Shown here: piece by piece, positions 27,738 to 37,518 of the stretch
How positions within the stretch are numbered: the first letter of the stretch is position 1
How the letters are laid out: each line of letters begins with the position of its first letter
NCBI GenBank assembly: GCA_965206845.1
Contig: OZ242221.1
Location: 160,001-224,000 of the forward strand
Source: Cenarchaeum sp.
Lineage (GTDB): Archaea; Thermoproteota; Nitrososphaeria; Nitrososphaerales; Nitrosopumilaceae
DNA length: 64,000 bases
Reading direction: 5' to 3'
Translations under genes and position numbers: made by a program
The notes under the pieces: generated by a model
The model's database searches: none
Told to the model about the DNA's origin: nothing
What the model saw: only the letters and a program-made list of their open reading frames with translations

Positions 27738-28904
27738 ATGGATACCAAGAACATCGGCCTGCGCGGAATAGAGGTTGCCGACACCAGGATCTCAAACATT
27801 GACGGCAAGCAAGGCAGGCTGATCTATCGCGGGTATGACATCCTGGATCTGACCAAGAACTCCAGCTTTGAGGAGACGGCGTTTCTGCTGCTCCATGACG
27901 ACCTACCATCAAAGCTTGAGTACAGGGACTTTGTAGGCCGCCTCAATGGTGCCCGGTGGATTCCGAGGCGCATGCAGATCAACATGGGAAACTGGAGAAA
28001 GGACGCAGACCCAATGGATATGCTACAGGCATTCGTGGCAGCACTAGCAGGCTACTACGACGAGGAGTTCTCCACCAAGGAAGCAAGCTATGACCGCGCC
28101 ATCAACCTAATTGCCAAGGTGTCGACCATTGTGGCTAGCTGGCAGAGAATAAGAAACGGTCTGCCCCTAGTGGATCCGGATCCCAGTCTCAGCCATGCAG
28201 CAAACTTTCTACACATGCTCACAGGTGAAAAACCCGATGACGAGACCGCAAAGATATTTGACGTGTGCCTGATTCTTCACGCAGAGCACACGTTTAACGC
28301 ATCGACGTTTACGGCAAGGCAGGTGGCATCAACTCGGGCCCACATGTACTCAGCGGCCAGCGCAGCCATCGGCGCCCTCAGCGGCGAGCTCCATGGAGGA
28401 GCAAACTACGAGGTGATGAAGATGCTTCAGGACATCGGCACCATGGACAAGGTGGAGCCGTGGATCAACCGCAACATAGACATGGGCAAGAAGATCATGG
28501 GTATGGGCCACGCAGTATACAGGACACACGATCCCAGGGCCGTGATACTCAAGGAGATGTCCCGCAAGCTTGCATCAAAGCTGAACGAGCCGTGGTTTGA
28601 CATAACAGAGAGAGTCGAGCAGATCACTCAAAAAGAGATGGCGCACCGTAAGAACATCAGCATGTATCCCAACGTCGACTTGTACAGCGCATCAGTCTAC
28701 TACATGCTGGACATTCCCACAGATCTCAACACGCCCATATTTGCAATATCCCGGTGTGTGGGATGGGCTGCCCACATCATAGAGGAGAAGTTTGCCGAGG
28801 CGGCTCCCAAGCCGGCGCTGTACCGACCAAAGGCCACCTACGTCGGCAAGTACTGCGGGCCGGAGGGCTGCGAGTACAAGCCGCTGAACCTGCGGGCAGA
28901 CTAG
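27738..28904 (+). CDS. gltA: Citrate synthase
   Basis: LHAEH.FNAST, LHGGAN, GMGHAVY..DPR, PNVD. Confidence 0.96.
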   Translation: MDTKNIGLRGIEVADTRISNIDGKQGRLIYRGYDILDLTKNSSFEETAFLLLHDDLPSKLEYRDFVGRLNGARWIPRRMQINMGNWRKDADPMDMLQAFVAALAGYYDEEFSTKEASYDRAINLIAKVSTIVASWQRIRNGLPLVDPDPSLSHAANFLHMLTGEKPDDETAKIFDVCLILHAEHTFNASTFTARQVASTRAHMYSAASAAIGALSGELHGGANYEVMKMLQDIGTMDKVEPWINRNIDMGKKIMGMGHAVYRTHDPRAVILKEMSRKLASKLNEPWFDITERVEQITQKEMAHRKNISMYPNVDLYSASVYYMLDIPTDLNTPIFAISRCVGWAAHIIEEKFAEAAPKPALYRPKATYVGKYCGPEGCEYKPLNLRAD

Positions 28905-29107
28905 TTTCTAAAATGATCCTGGCCCACGGACCCGGGCGTCCTGTCGGCGTTGTACAGCACGTCAAATACTGCGTCATAAAACGAGATGCCCTTCTCCCGG
29001 GCCTGGTCGTCAAGCCACCTTATCCCGTCGGCCAGTTCCCTGTCTCTCTCAGCCGACTGCACCAGCTCGTCTACTACACTCGTAAAGAAGGCGCCGGGCT
29101 TGATCAT
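28901..29107 (-). CDS. Small conserved protein, 68 aa
   Basis: ELADGIRWLDDQAREKGISFYDAV motif of thaumarchaeal type; ATG at 29107. Confidence 0.72.
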   Translation of the reverse strand: MIKPGAFFTSVVDELVQSAERDRELADGIRWLDDQAREKGISFYDAVFDVLYNADRTPGSVGQDHFRN

Positions 29108-29244
29108 GGTACAATCTGTACGGGTCTGATCATAAAGATAGAATTCAAAATAAATAAACAAAGTAGGTAGTTTTTTAGAGCCACGTTGGAGTGTCGCAGT
29201 CAGAGGGTCGATTGTTATATAGACAGTCAGGCAACCACGATGCA

Positions 29245-29658
29245 TTGGAGCACAGGCTGTACTTTGACGGGGATACGGATGGAATCGCGTGGTGCCTCGA
29301 AGGCAATTCCGGGAGCTGCCAGGTCAGGAAGCATGCGGGGATATACCTTGGCAGGGTAGCAGACGAGCAGTCGCGATACATTGCTCTGCATGTGGGAATC
29401 TTCTGGTGCATAGGAACGTCCAGGATCAAGAACTCTGATGCGGTCCGTGTCATGATCACGTCTAAGACCATGTTTGATCACTTGGGGCGCGGCAGACCCC
29501 CTGCGGATCCCTTTATCGCAACCAGGACTGCGTTTATTGATCAGATGGTGCGGCAACGGGGCCTGAAGGTATCATACCATCTGACCCCATCATGCCCTGC
29601 AACTGCGCTTCTCCGGGACATCAGGCTACATTCCGACCAAGGCACGCCGGCCACATAG
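29245..29658 (+). CDS. Hypothetical protein, possible degenerate RNase HI-like fold
   Basis: N-terminal LYFDG and EQSRYIALHVGI helix; TTG start at 29245. Confidence 0.6.
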   Translation: MEHRLYFDGDTDGIAWCLEGNSGSCQVRKHAGIYLGRVADEQSRYIALHVGIFWCIGTSRIKNSDAVRVMITSKTMFDHLGRGRPPADPFIATRTAFIDQMVRQRGLKVSYHLTPSCPATALLRDIRLHSDQGTPAT

Positions 29659-29677
29659 CCCGCACAGTCCAGCCGTG

Positions 29678-30943
29678 CTACGTGAGAACTAGGCCGATAT
29701 CCATCAGGTTTGTTCCGGTGTGTCCCGTGAGGACAAGTCCGCCATGTCTTTTGAAGAACGAATGCGAGTCGCTGTTTTTGAGCAGTCCGTCCACGTACAT
29801 CACGTCGATCTCAAAGTTCTTCATGACCGCCCCCGCATACGGTGTGCTGCCGTCGATCCCGTCGGTTCCAATCGAGGCTGCAACCATCCTGCGGCCGCGG
29901 CTCCTGTCATCACGCAGTATGCGCAGCACGAGCTCCTGGTTGCGCCCCCCGGCCCCGCTTCCCTGCACGCGAACAGTCGTCTCGCCACCAAATATGATGC
30001 ACCTCCCTCTACCGGACACCATTCCGGCGATCTTGCCTGCCGCGGCAGCCACATCCCCGGACATTCTACAGATGGTAGCAGCATGCCCCAGATCCTGCGC
30101 CCTGCGGGCCATGGCTGCGAGGCAGTCCTGGTTTGACGCGATTATCTGGTTTGGGATCACGGGCGCGCTCGGCATCTCTGGAATGCCGCCTGCGGCGCCG
30201 GTCTCCAGCCTCCGGTATACCGATGACGGCACCGTACCTGCTGGATCATACCTTCGGACTATTCTGAGCGCATCGCCAAAGGTCGAGCCATCACAGTACG
30301 TGGTACCTGACGCAATGGAGGAGAGGTCGTCCCCCGGCACGTCAGACATTATCAGGGATGCGGCGCCGCACCGCATACCCGACACCAGCTGCCCCCCCTT
30401 GATTCCAGAGAGGTGCTTACGGACGCAGTTGAGCTGGTGTATCGGTGCGCCCGACTCCAGGAGCAGCCGGCTGACGAATCTCTTCTCCTCCAGTGAGATC
30501 CCGGCCGGCTGGCACAGGAGAGACGATGACCCCCCGGAGACCAGAAACACGACAAAGTCAGAACTGCTCCTGCGGGCCAGAAACCTGGCCACCTCCAAGG
30601 CCGCATCAACACTGGATTGATCCGGGACCGGGTGTGATGCCCTTACAGTACGCAGCGATCCTGCACCATCAGCCCCATGGGGGACCACTACTATTCCACC
30701 GGAGACGTCCAGTATGTCACAGGTCGCGTTTGCCATCAGTCCGGCGGCCTTGCCAAATGCCACGACCTGCACGTTGCGTCCCGCAAGGCTTACCTGCCTG
30801 CCGTCTGCACGAATCGCATCCCTCCCTACGAACCGCCGCACCGCAGAGCCTGGCAGAGCGGCGCCCAGGCCGGCTTGCAGTATCTCCAGCGCCAGACGAC
30901 AGTCCGCGTCGGCTGTCAGCTCCCCAAGGTTGCGGATCAACAC
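29678..30943 (-). CDS. Glycerate kinase, class II (DUF4147/MOFRL)
   Basis: GKAA, SHPVPD, SGGSSSL, RKHLS.IKGG, GGETTV, GGRNQE, TDGIDG, TGTN. Confidence 0.93.
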   Translation of the reverse strand: MLIRNLGELTADADCRLALEILQAGLGAALPGSAVRRFVGRDAIRADGRQVSLAGRNVQVVAFGKAAGLMANATCDILDVSGGIVVVPHGADGAGSLRTVRASHPVPDQSSVDAALEVARFLARRSSSDFVVFLVSGGSSSLLCQPAGISLEEKRFVSRLLLESGAPIHQLNCVRKHLSGIKGGQLVSGMRCGAASLIMSDVPGDDLSSIASGTTYCDGSTFGDALRIVRRYDPAGTVPSSVYRRLETGAAGGIPEMPSAPVIPNQIIASNQDCLAAMARRAQDLGHAATICRMSGDVAAAAGKIAGMVSGRGRCIIFGGETTVRVQGSGAGGRNQELVLRILRDDRSRGRRMVAASIGTDGIDGSTPYAGAVMKNFEIDVMYVDGLLKNSDSHSFFKRHGGLVLTGHTGTNLMDIGLVLT

Positions 30944-30993
30944 GGATGGTACCGACTCAAGATATAATAATGCTAGAAGATTCCAACCAACCC

Positions 30994-31938
30994 ATGCACA
31001 CGGTGCGCATTCCCAGCGTCATCAAGTTCGGCCAAGACGCGCTGGGCCAGACAAAATACCCCAAAAACGCGCTGGTCGTAACCACCGCCCAACCCAGCCT
31101 GTCAGACAAGTGGCTTGGGAAGATGGGAATCAAAGACTACATGCTCTTTGACACGGTCACGCCGGAACCGTCCATCGACGACGTAAACGCCGTAATCTCC
31201 GAGTACAGCTCAAAGAACCCTTCGGTTATCATCGGGCTGGGAGGAGGAAGTTCCATGGATGTAGTAAAGTACGCCGCACCAGAGATGGGCAAGAAGAAGA
31301 TTCTCATTCCAACCACCTTTGGCACCGGTGCCGAGATGACCACCTACTGTGTGCTCAAGTTTGACGGAAAGAAGAAGCTGCTCCGCGAGGACAGGTTTCT
31401 GGCCGACATGGCAGTAGTGGACTCGTACTTTATGAACGGAACACCGCAGCAGATCATCAGCAACTCCGTATGCGATGCCTGCGCCCAGGCCACCGAAGGG
31501 TACGACAGCGGGCTTGGCAACGACTTTACAAGAACCCTCTGCGAGAAGGCCTTTGGCATACTGTACGACGCAATCATGAACGACCACACCGAGAACTATC
31601 CCTACGGCTCGATGCTGTCAGGCATGGGATTTGGAAACTGCTCCACCACACTGGGACACGCGCTCTCCTACGTGTTCTCAAACGAGGGGGTTCCCCACGG
31701 GTACTCACTGTCCTCATGCACCACGGTGGCGCACAAATTCAACAAGTCAAAGTTCTACGACCGCTTCAAGGAGATCACAGAGAAGCTGGGCTTTGAGAGG
31801 CTCAAGCTTGCAGCAGACGTCTCTGAGGCAGCAAGCGTAGTGATGACTGATCGCGGCCACCTTGATCCAAACCCCCTGCCGGTAACAAAGCAGGACGTGA
31901 TCAAGTGCCTTGAGGACATCAAGGCAGGAAACCTATAG
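30994..31938 (+). CDS. Iron-containing alcohol dehydrogenase; candidate malonic/succinic semialdehyde reductase of the 3HP/4HB cycle
   Basis: GLGGGSSMD, PTT.GTGAE, GHALSY, PHG; start at MHTVRIP. Confidence 0.88.
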   Translation: MHTVRIPSVIKFGQDALGQTKYPKNALVVTTAQPSLSDKWLGKMGIKDYMLFDTVTPEPSIDDVNAVISEYSSKNPSVIIGLGGGSSMDVVKYAAPEMGKKKILIPTTFGTGAEMTTYCVLKFDGKKKLLREDRFLADMAVVDSYFMNGTPQQIISNSVCDACAQATEGYDSGLGNDFTRTLCEKAFGILYDAIMNDHTENYPYGSMLSGMGFGNCSTTLGHALSYVFSNEGVPHGYSLSSCTTVAHKFNKSKFYDRFKEITEKLGFERLKLAADVSEAASVVMTDRGHLDPNPLPVTKQDVIKCLEDIKAGNL

Positions 31939-32139
31939 GACGGCACTCGCGCCGGCCTTGTCGCATATCTAGTAGCTTTCAGAAGGAGGAACTCCATAAT
32001 ACACTGCGGGTCGGGTTGTCATAACCTCTGTCTCCCTGTTGATCCGCCCCAGCCTGGATCCTCAAAGGCGCATTTAGTAAGATAAGGGACAAGACTATAC
32101 TTATTATCTTCCAGATATTACACCACATGTAGAAAACAG

Positions 32140-33219
32140 ATGAGCGAGATAAAGTTTGGAATACAGAACGGCCTCAATGTGGCTAGGGCAGGTTACACAG
32201 AAGATCAAATCCTAACTGCCTGCAGGCTGGCAGACACAACAGGGTACGACTCGGTATTCTACATGGATCACACTAACGTGCCACAGTGGAAGAAGGCCAC
32301 GGTTCTTGACCCATGGGTCATGCTGTCTGCCATAGCGGCAGTAACGGACAAAGTGGAGATTGGAACGTGTGTGACTGATGCCATCAGGAGGCACCCGTCA
32401 AACATCGCACTAGCAACCGTCACACTGGACAGAATCTCCAAGGGAAGGGCGATCCTCGGAATAGGCGCCGGCGAGGCCCAGAACCTCAAGGAGTTCTGCA
32501 TTCCGTTTGAGAAGCCGGTCTCAAAATGGGAGGAGCAGATCCAGGTCATCAAGGCGCTGTACGGTTCCTCGCCGGACAACACGGTAGACTTTGACGGCAA
32601 GTATTATCAGCTAAACGGGGCATGCCTGCAGGCCGAATCCGTAAGACAGCCATACCCGCCCATATACATGGCATCGGGAGGCTCGCGGACGCTGCGGTTG
32701 ACCGGCAAGTACGGCAACGGCTGGCTGCCCATAGGATACACGCCGGAGCTCTTCAAGGATCACGCGGCCCAGATCAAAAAATCCATGAAGGACAACGACA
32801 GGACGCAGGAAGACAGGGACAACTTTCAGTTTGCGCTGGACGTCGATGTGTATTTTTCAGAGGACGCAGAGGAGTCTTGGGCAAGAATGAAGGAGGCCGT
32901 AAAGGTGAGTCTCTTCAAGTCCGAGATTCTCAGGGTCCACCACCTCAAGGAACTGGAGGGCTTTGACTTTAGAAAGTACTTTACCGAGTACTCGATGTCA
33001 GACGCCAGCTGGATTGTGGAGATGAGAAAGGCCGCAACAAAGATCCCCGACAGTGTGGCCCGCTCCTCGACTGCCATCGGCACGCCCGAGGACATGATCC
33101 CCATATTTGAGAGGTTCAAGGAGGCAGGCGTCAACCACTTTGTGGTCAGGTTCTGGGGCAAGAACTACTTTGGGAGCATAGACAGGTTCTCAAGCCAGGT
33201 AATGCCACACATCAGGTAG
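32140..33219 (+). CDS. LLM-class flavin/F420-dependent oxidoreductase
   Basis: GYDSVFYMDH, DPWVML.AIA, LDRISKGRAILGIGAG. Confidence 0.93.
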   Translation: MSEIKFGIQNGLNVARAGYTEDQILTACRLADTTGYDSVFYMDHTNVPQWKKATVLDPWVMLSAIAAVTDKVEIGTCVTDAIRRHPSNIALATVTLDRISKGRAILGIGAGEAQNLKEFCIPFEKPVSKWEEQIQVIKALYGSSPDNTVDFDGKYYQLNGACLQAESVRQPYPPIYMASGGSRTLRLTGKYGNGWLPIGYTPELFKDHAAQIKKSMKDNDRTQEDRDNFQFALDVDVYFSEDAEESWARMKEAVKVSLFKSEILRVHHLKELEGFDFRKYFTEYSMSDASWIVEMRKAATKIPDSVARSSTAIGTPEDMIPIFERFKEAGVNHFVVRFWGKNYFGSIDRFSSQVMPHIR

Positions 33220-33237
33220 GCGCCAACTCGTGCGGCG

Positions 33238-33912
33238 TCACAGGTAAAATTCTGATTTGAGGTTTCGGTAGAACATTCTCATGTTGGATTCAAGTACAGG
33301 TATCTTCTGCTCCATACCCTGCAGTATCGCATCGGACTGGCTATGCGGAATGGATTCTGTGGCCGCATCAAGCCAAAACCTTATCATATCCCGATCCACC
33401 TCCAGGTGAAACTGCAGGCCCACTGTCGTGCCTATCCGGAATGCCTGGTTTGCATACAGTCCGGAGCGGGCAAGACGAACAGCCCCCTCGGGAAGGTCAA
33501 AGGTGTCACCGTGCCAGTGAAATACGGTAAAGGGATCACCAAACCCCGAGAGGAGCGGGTCTGATCCAGCCACATGCAGATCATCAAAGAACCCGATCTC
33601 GCTTCTGGGTCCCCGGTACACGCGGGCCCCAAAGGCCTTTGCAACAAGCTGGGAGCCCAGGCAGACTCCCAGCAGCGGAGTCCCCTCCCTTGCAAACCTG
33701 CGGATGAGATCCATCTCTTCCCTCAGGTACGGCAAGTCGTCGTTTGCGCTCTCCGGCGCGCCAAGGATTACCCCCATGGCGTACCTGCCGCGTGGAATCC
33801 CCTGCCGCTTTGCGTGGATCACGTCAACGCCAAACCCGTCCTCCCGAAGCAGCCTTCCCAGAAGCCCCGGCCCCTCGGTCCGGGCGTTCTGCACAATCAG
33901 GACATCAGGCAC
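33238..33912 (-). CDS. Type 1 glutamine amidotransferase
   Basis: GVCLGSQL, WHGDTF, QFHLE. Confidence 0.92.
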   Translation of the reverse strand: MPDVLIVQNARTEGPGLLGRLLREDGFGVDVIHAKRQGIPRGRYAMGVILGAPESANDDLPYLREEMDLIRRFAREGTPLLGVCLGSQLVAKAFGARVYRGPRSEIGFFDDLHVAGSDPLLSGFGDPFTVFHWHGDTFDLPEGAVRLARSGLYANQAFRIGTTVGLQFHLEVDRDMIRFWLDAATESIPHSQSDAILQGMEQKIPVLESNMRMFYRNLKSEFYL

Positions 33913-34072
33913 TGCACGGATGCGCCGCCGCCTCCTAATATGTCAAGCCTCAAAGCGGCCCAGGACGGATGGCGAGCAGAAGAGGGGACGCGCCCAGCCG
34001 CATCAGGGCAAACCACGCGGCCAGGCACCGGCATGGAAAGATGTAAAGGCTGCCGTGCCGTTATCTGCGCCG

Positions 34073-34453
34073 ATGCAGGTATCAGAGTCTGAGATAAGCG
34101 GCCTCCGGGACTTTGTCGCATTCCTGAACCTGCAGGAGAACAGTGCTGTCGCAGTGGAGGGAATGCGGGATGTTGCGGCCCTCAGGTGCATAGGGTACCG
34201 CGGAACAATCCTTGAGTTTCACAGGTTCTGCGGCCTGGCAGAGTTTGCAGATGCGGCAGCCGGGTACGGCACCGTGATAATGCTCTTTGATCGGGACAGA
34301 AAGGGCATGTACCTGACCAGGCGGCTGACAGGCATGCTGCAGCGCAGAACCAAGGTCGACACGGCATCCAGGCGAAGGCTTGGGGGGATCACCTGCGGCA
34401 GGATAAGATGCACCGAGCAGCTGATGTGCTACCTGCCGCACCTAGGGCAATGA
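34073..34453 (+). CDS. Stand-alone small Toprim-domain protein
   Basis: VEG.RD and LFDRDRKG motifs; ATG at 34073. Confidence 0.82.
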   Translation: MQVSESEISGLRDFVAFLNLQENSAVAVEGMRDVAALRCIGYRGTILEFHRFCGLAEFADAAAGYGTVIMLFDRDRKGMYLTRRLTGMLQRRTKVDTASRRRLGGITCGRIRCTEQLMCYLPHLGQ

Positions 34454-34640
34454 CACGTCTCCGGGTTTAGCTTTGTCCCGTCTGTCCTGCGTTGTGAGTG
34501 CTTAAGGGCTGCCACCGCACCTTGTGCCACATGGGGGTGCCGTGCCACACAGATGTGAATTTTGACCTTGAGTCAGCCGACCTGCCTTTCCTTCTTGCCG
34601 GGATTCGCAGCCAATCCAGGCGTTCCAGACAGGGCCGAAA

Positions 34641-35918
34641 TTAACTGGTCCAGATGCCCTTGTGGTTGAAGGCGATGACCACCCTCTCAACTGCAACCAC
34701 CATGGCGGCCTTTCTCATATCAATGCCGTGCTTTTTGGCCAGGTCGTATGTGTCCTTGAAGCCGCGAGTGATGTTTGCCTCCATCTTGCCTGCAACCTCG
34801 TCAAATGTCCAGTAGTAGCCCATGTTGTTCTGGACCCACTCCAAGTATGATATGCAGACGCCGCCGGAGTTTGCCAGTATGTCGGGAATTACGAGTATGC
34901 CCTTGTCGTAGAGTATTGGATCGGCGTCGGGCAGTGTCGGGCCGTTTGCCGCCTCGCCGATTATCTTGCAGTCTATCTTTTCTGCAATATCCTTGGTAAT
35001 TGCGTTCTCCAGTGCCCCGGGAACAAGCACGTCGCACTTCATGGTAAGGAGTTCCTCTGTGGTAATCTGCCTGCTTCCGGGGAATCCCACAACCGTGCCG
35101 CTCTCCTTCTTGTACTCCATCAGCTTGCCTACGTCAAAGCCACCGGGAACCGTGATGGAGCCCTTTGAGTCGCTGGCTGCAATCACCCTTGCGCCCATCT
35201 TCTCCAAGTATACGCCTGCAAAGGTTGATGCGTTTCCGAATCCCTGCAGAACCACCTCTGCTCCGTTTAAGTCCAGATCGATTAGCTTCGCCGCCTCCCG
35301 GACGCAGTATGCCGTCCCCAGCCCGGTTGAGACGTTTCTTGCCAGCGAGCCGGCCATAGAGACCGGCTTTCCCGTAATGACTGCCGGGCAGTATATGTTG
35401 CCGTTCATCTTGCTATATGTATCCATTATCTGCACCATCTCACGTCCTGCCGTGTAGACATCCGGTGCAGGAATGTCCTTCTGCGGGCCGATCACCTCTG
35501 CGATCTTGTAGGTAAAGCCACGGGTCAGTTTCTCCAGCTCGGCATCGCTGAGTTTCTCCTTCTTCGGGTTGACGAATATGCCACCCTTTCCGCCGCCCAT
35601 CGGAATGTCGACTATGGCGCACTTCCATGTCATCCAAGACGACAGTGCCATCACCTCGCGCTCCATGTACTCGACGCCGCCCTCGGGGTCAAAGTACCGG
35701 ATACCGCCCTTGTACGGTCCCCTGTCGTTGTTATGCTGGCATCGAAATCCTGTAAATACTCTGAGGCTGCCATCGTCCATCTTTACGGGAATCTTGACGC
35801 GCAAGAGTCTGTCCGGCATCACTAGATAGTCGCGCAGTCCCCTGTCCTGGATTCCCAGTATGTCGCATGCGTCGTTGACCTGTTTCGCTGCGCTCTCAAA
35901 AGGATCGTGGCCTGACAA
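34641..35918 (-). CDS. gdhA: Glutamate dehydrogenase
   Basis: GPYKGGIR, GGGKGG, DIPAPDV, QGFGN, EAANGP, PDILANSGGV. Confidence 0.96.
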   Translation of the reverse strand: MSGHDPFESAAKQVNDACDILGIQDRGLRDYLVMPDRLLRVKIPVKMDDGSLRVFTGFRCQHNNDRGPYKGGIRYFDPEGGVEYMEREVMALSSWMTWKCAIVDIPMGGGKGGIFVNPKKEKLSDAELEKLTRGFTYKIAEVIGPQKDIPAPDVYTAGREMVQIMDTYSKMNGNIYCPAVITGKPVSMAGSLARNVSTGLGTAYCVREAAKLIDLDLNGAEVVLQGFGNASTFAGVYLEKMGARVIAASDSKGSITVPGGFDVGKLMEYKKESGTVVGFPGSRQITTEELLTMKCDVLVPGALENAITKDIAEKIDCKIIGEAANGPTLPDADPILYDKGILVIPDILANSGGVCISYLEWVQNNMGYYWTFDEVAGKMEANITRGFKDTYDLAKKHGIDMRKAAMVVAVERVVIAFNHKGIWTS

Positions 35919-36207
35919 TATGCTTGAAATTTTTTATAAACACTATATTTAGGTTTTGACATGGCAGGCACGATTACTCCCCTGAAGGCGTGCATCCACG
36001 TGCATGAATGTAGGGGGCGCGACGCTATGCTTGCGCGCTGCGCCCCGCTTGCCGCCTGTATGCGTGCCTATGTGGCGCCCGATCCTTTATCCGGATGTAC
36101 CCCGTCGCATGTGGCGCCATAGGCATGCCGACATATCTTTTGAATGGACGGCGCGTCTGGCCGCCTGCCAGGCAGAGGCAGGATGATCACGGTAGTCCGG
36201 GATGAAG

Positions 36208-37083
36208 TCATGTGGCAGATGCCAGGATCTCGTTTGCGGCGCCTTGCAGGATCCGGCACTGCCCGAGTGCCCGCTCCGTGCCACCCTCCAGATCAAGGGC
36301 AATCCTGAGGACGTGGGCCAGCTCCGGCCTTGAGGGCATCATGTCTTTTGCCGCGACCATGATATTCTTGCTGGTGTACCCGAGGTAAAAGTAGCAGTCA
36401 GGTATCTGCTGGTGCCCTGCCATGTAGTCGTGCTTCCTGCCGATAATCCCCGAGTGGCCGTTGCCCTCCACCATGTCTGAGAGTCCCATGGTAGACTTGG
36501 ACATCCTCTCCAGCAGTACCGGTGTGGCCCGGTCGATTCCAATGCACGAGTGCACCACGGCAAGCTTTTCGCTGATGGGATCCCTGTCCAGCTGGCGCAG
36601 GGCGCCAAGCATGTGGGCAGGGCTGGGTCGGATCCCGTTTGAGAAGCAGATGGCATCGGCAAGGTAGAATGCGGCGCACTTGAGCCATGCCGGTGCCAGC
36701 ATGTCACCTGCCGCCAGGCCATGCCGGGCCCTAGCAGTGCAGAACAACGAGTCTAGCAGGGAGTTCCTTGCCGAGTCGCGAAAGAGATCCCCGCGCCTCT
36801 CCCGAAGCGTGGACAAAAGCATGCGGATCTCCCACCGGTCGTCCCGGAGTATTTGCAGATCACAGAGCTGGGCCAAGATGTTTGAGTGGTACTCGTTGAA
36901 GGACCCATGGTGCACCCTTACAAAGTTCCCGTCCTGCTCCACCACCAGCTCGCCCTCCACCCTTCCGTCAAAGACAGTGATGTCGTGTTCGCAGCATTCC
37001 AGCGGGCTCTGGTTCTGGCACCCACCGGCGCCCACGGCAAAATCGGTCAGCGAGTACTCTTCCAGTATGCTCTCCAGATCCAT
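36208..37083 (-). CDS. Conserved hypothetical protein, possible degenerate nucleotidyltransferase fold
   Basis: Long ORF; N-terminal GGC...EHDITVFD followed by a helical C-terminus. Confidence 0.7.
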   Translation of the reverse strand: MDLESILEEYSLTDFAVGAGGCQNQSPLECCEHDITVFDGRVEGELVVEQDGNFVRVHHGSFNEYHSNILAQLCDLQILRDDRWEIRMLLSTLRERRGDLFRDSARNSLLDSLFCTARARHGLAAGDMLAPAWLKCAAFYLADAICFSNGIRPSPAHMLGALRQLDRDPISEKLAVVHSCIGIDRATPVLLERMSKSTMGLSDMVEGNGHSGIIGRKHDYMAGHQQIPDCYFYLGYTSKNIMVAAKDMMPSRPELAHVLRIALDLEGGTERALGQCRILQGAANEILASAT

Positions 37084-37160
37084 ACGCCATACTGGGCAGG
37101 CCCGTCTATAAAACGGCCAAGCTGATAATATTTACCAGGCGCGCAGCTGCCAAAACATTC

Positions 37161-37168
37161 CTTTAAAT
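37161..37168 (+). promoter_or_regulatory. TATA box of tRNA-Glu
   Basis: CTTTAAAT about 25-30 bp upstream of the tRNA. Confidence 0.55.
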
Positions 37169-37192
37169 TGAGATCCGGCAGAGCACCATCGG

Positions 37193-37268
37193 GCTCCTGT
37201 GGTGTAGTCCGGCTAAGCATACTGCCCTCTCAAGGCAGTGATCCCGGGTTCAAATCCCGGCGGGAGCA
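37193..37268 (+). tRNA. tRNA-Glu (CTC), no intron, CCA not encoded
   Basis: Acceptor stem GCTCCTG/CGGGAGC; anticodon arm CTGCC-CTCTCAA-GGCAG; T arm CCGGG-TTCAAAT-CCCGG. Confidence 0.96.
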
Positions 37269-37518
37269 TCTCTCATGCCAGGCTATTTGAGGTGACAGTG
37301 TAATCATGGCAGCAAAGCTAGCAGATGCTACACGCACCATCTAGAACCGAACCACAAACACCAAGATCACGCAGGGCTCATCTGCCTGCAATAAGAGACG
37401 GCATGTCGGTCGCCAGCAGGCATCCTGTTTCTGCTGCGCCCGGCATCACCCTGCCGCCGGTACGATAAGAAACGCCGCCTGTACGGATGTGGTGGTGGCA
37501 TCCCCGCTGAGCGTTACC

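Noticed and set aside
30493-30993. N-terminal extensions in the ORF track (Fe-ADH; likewise Toprim, DHH, ABC permease, uL16)
   Set aside because: They overlap other genes or lack family similarity; downstream starts were used instead.
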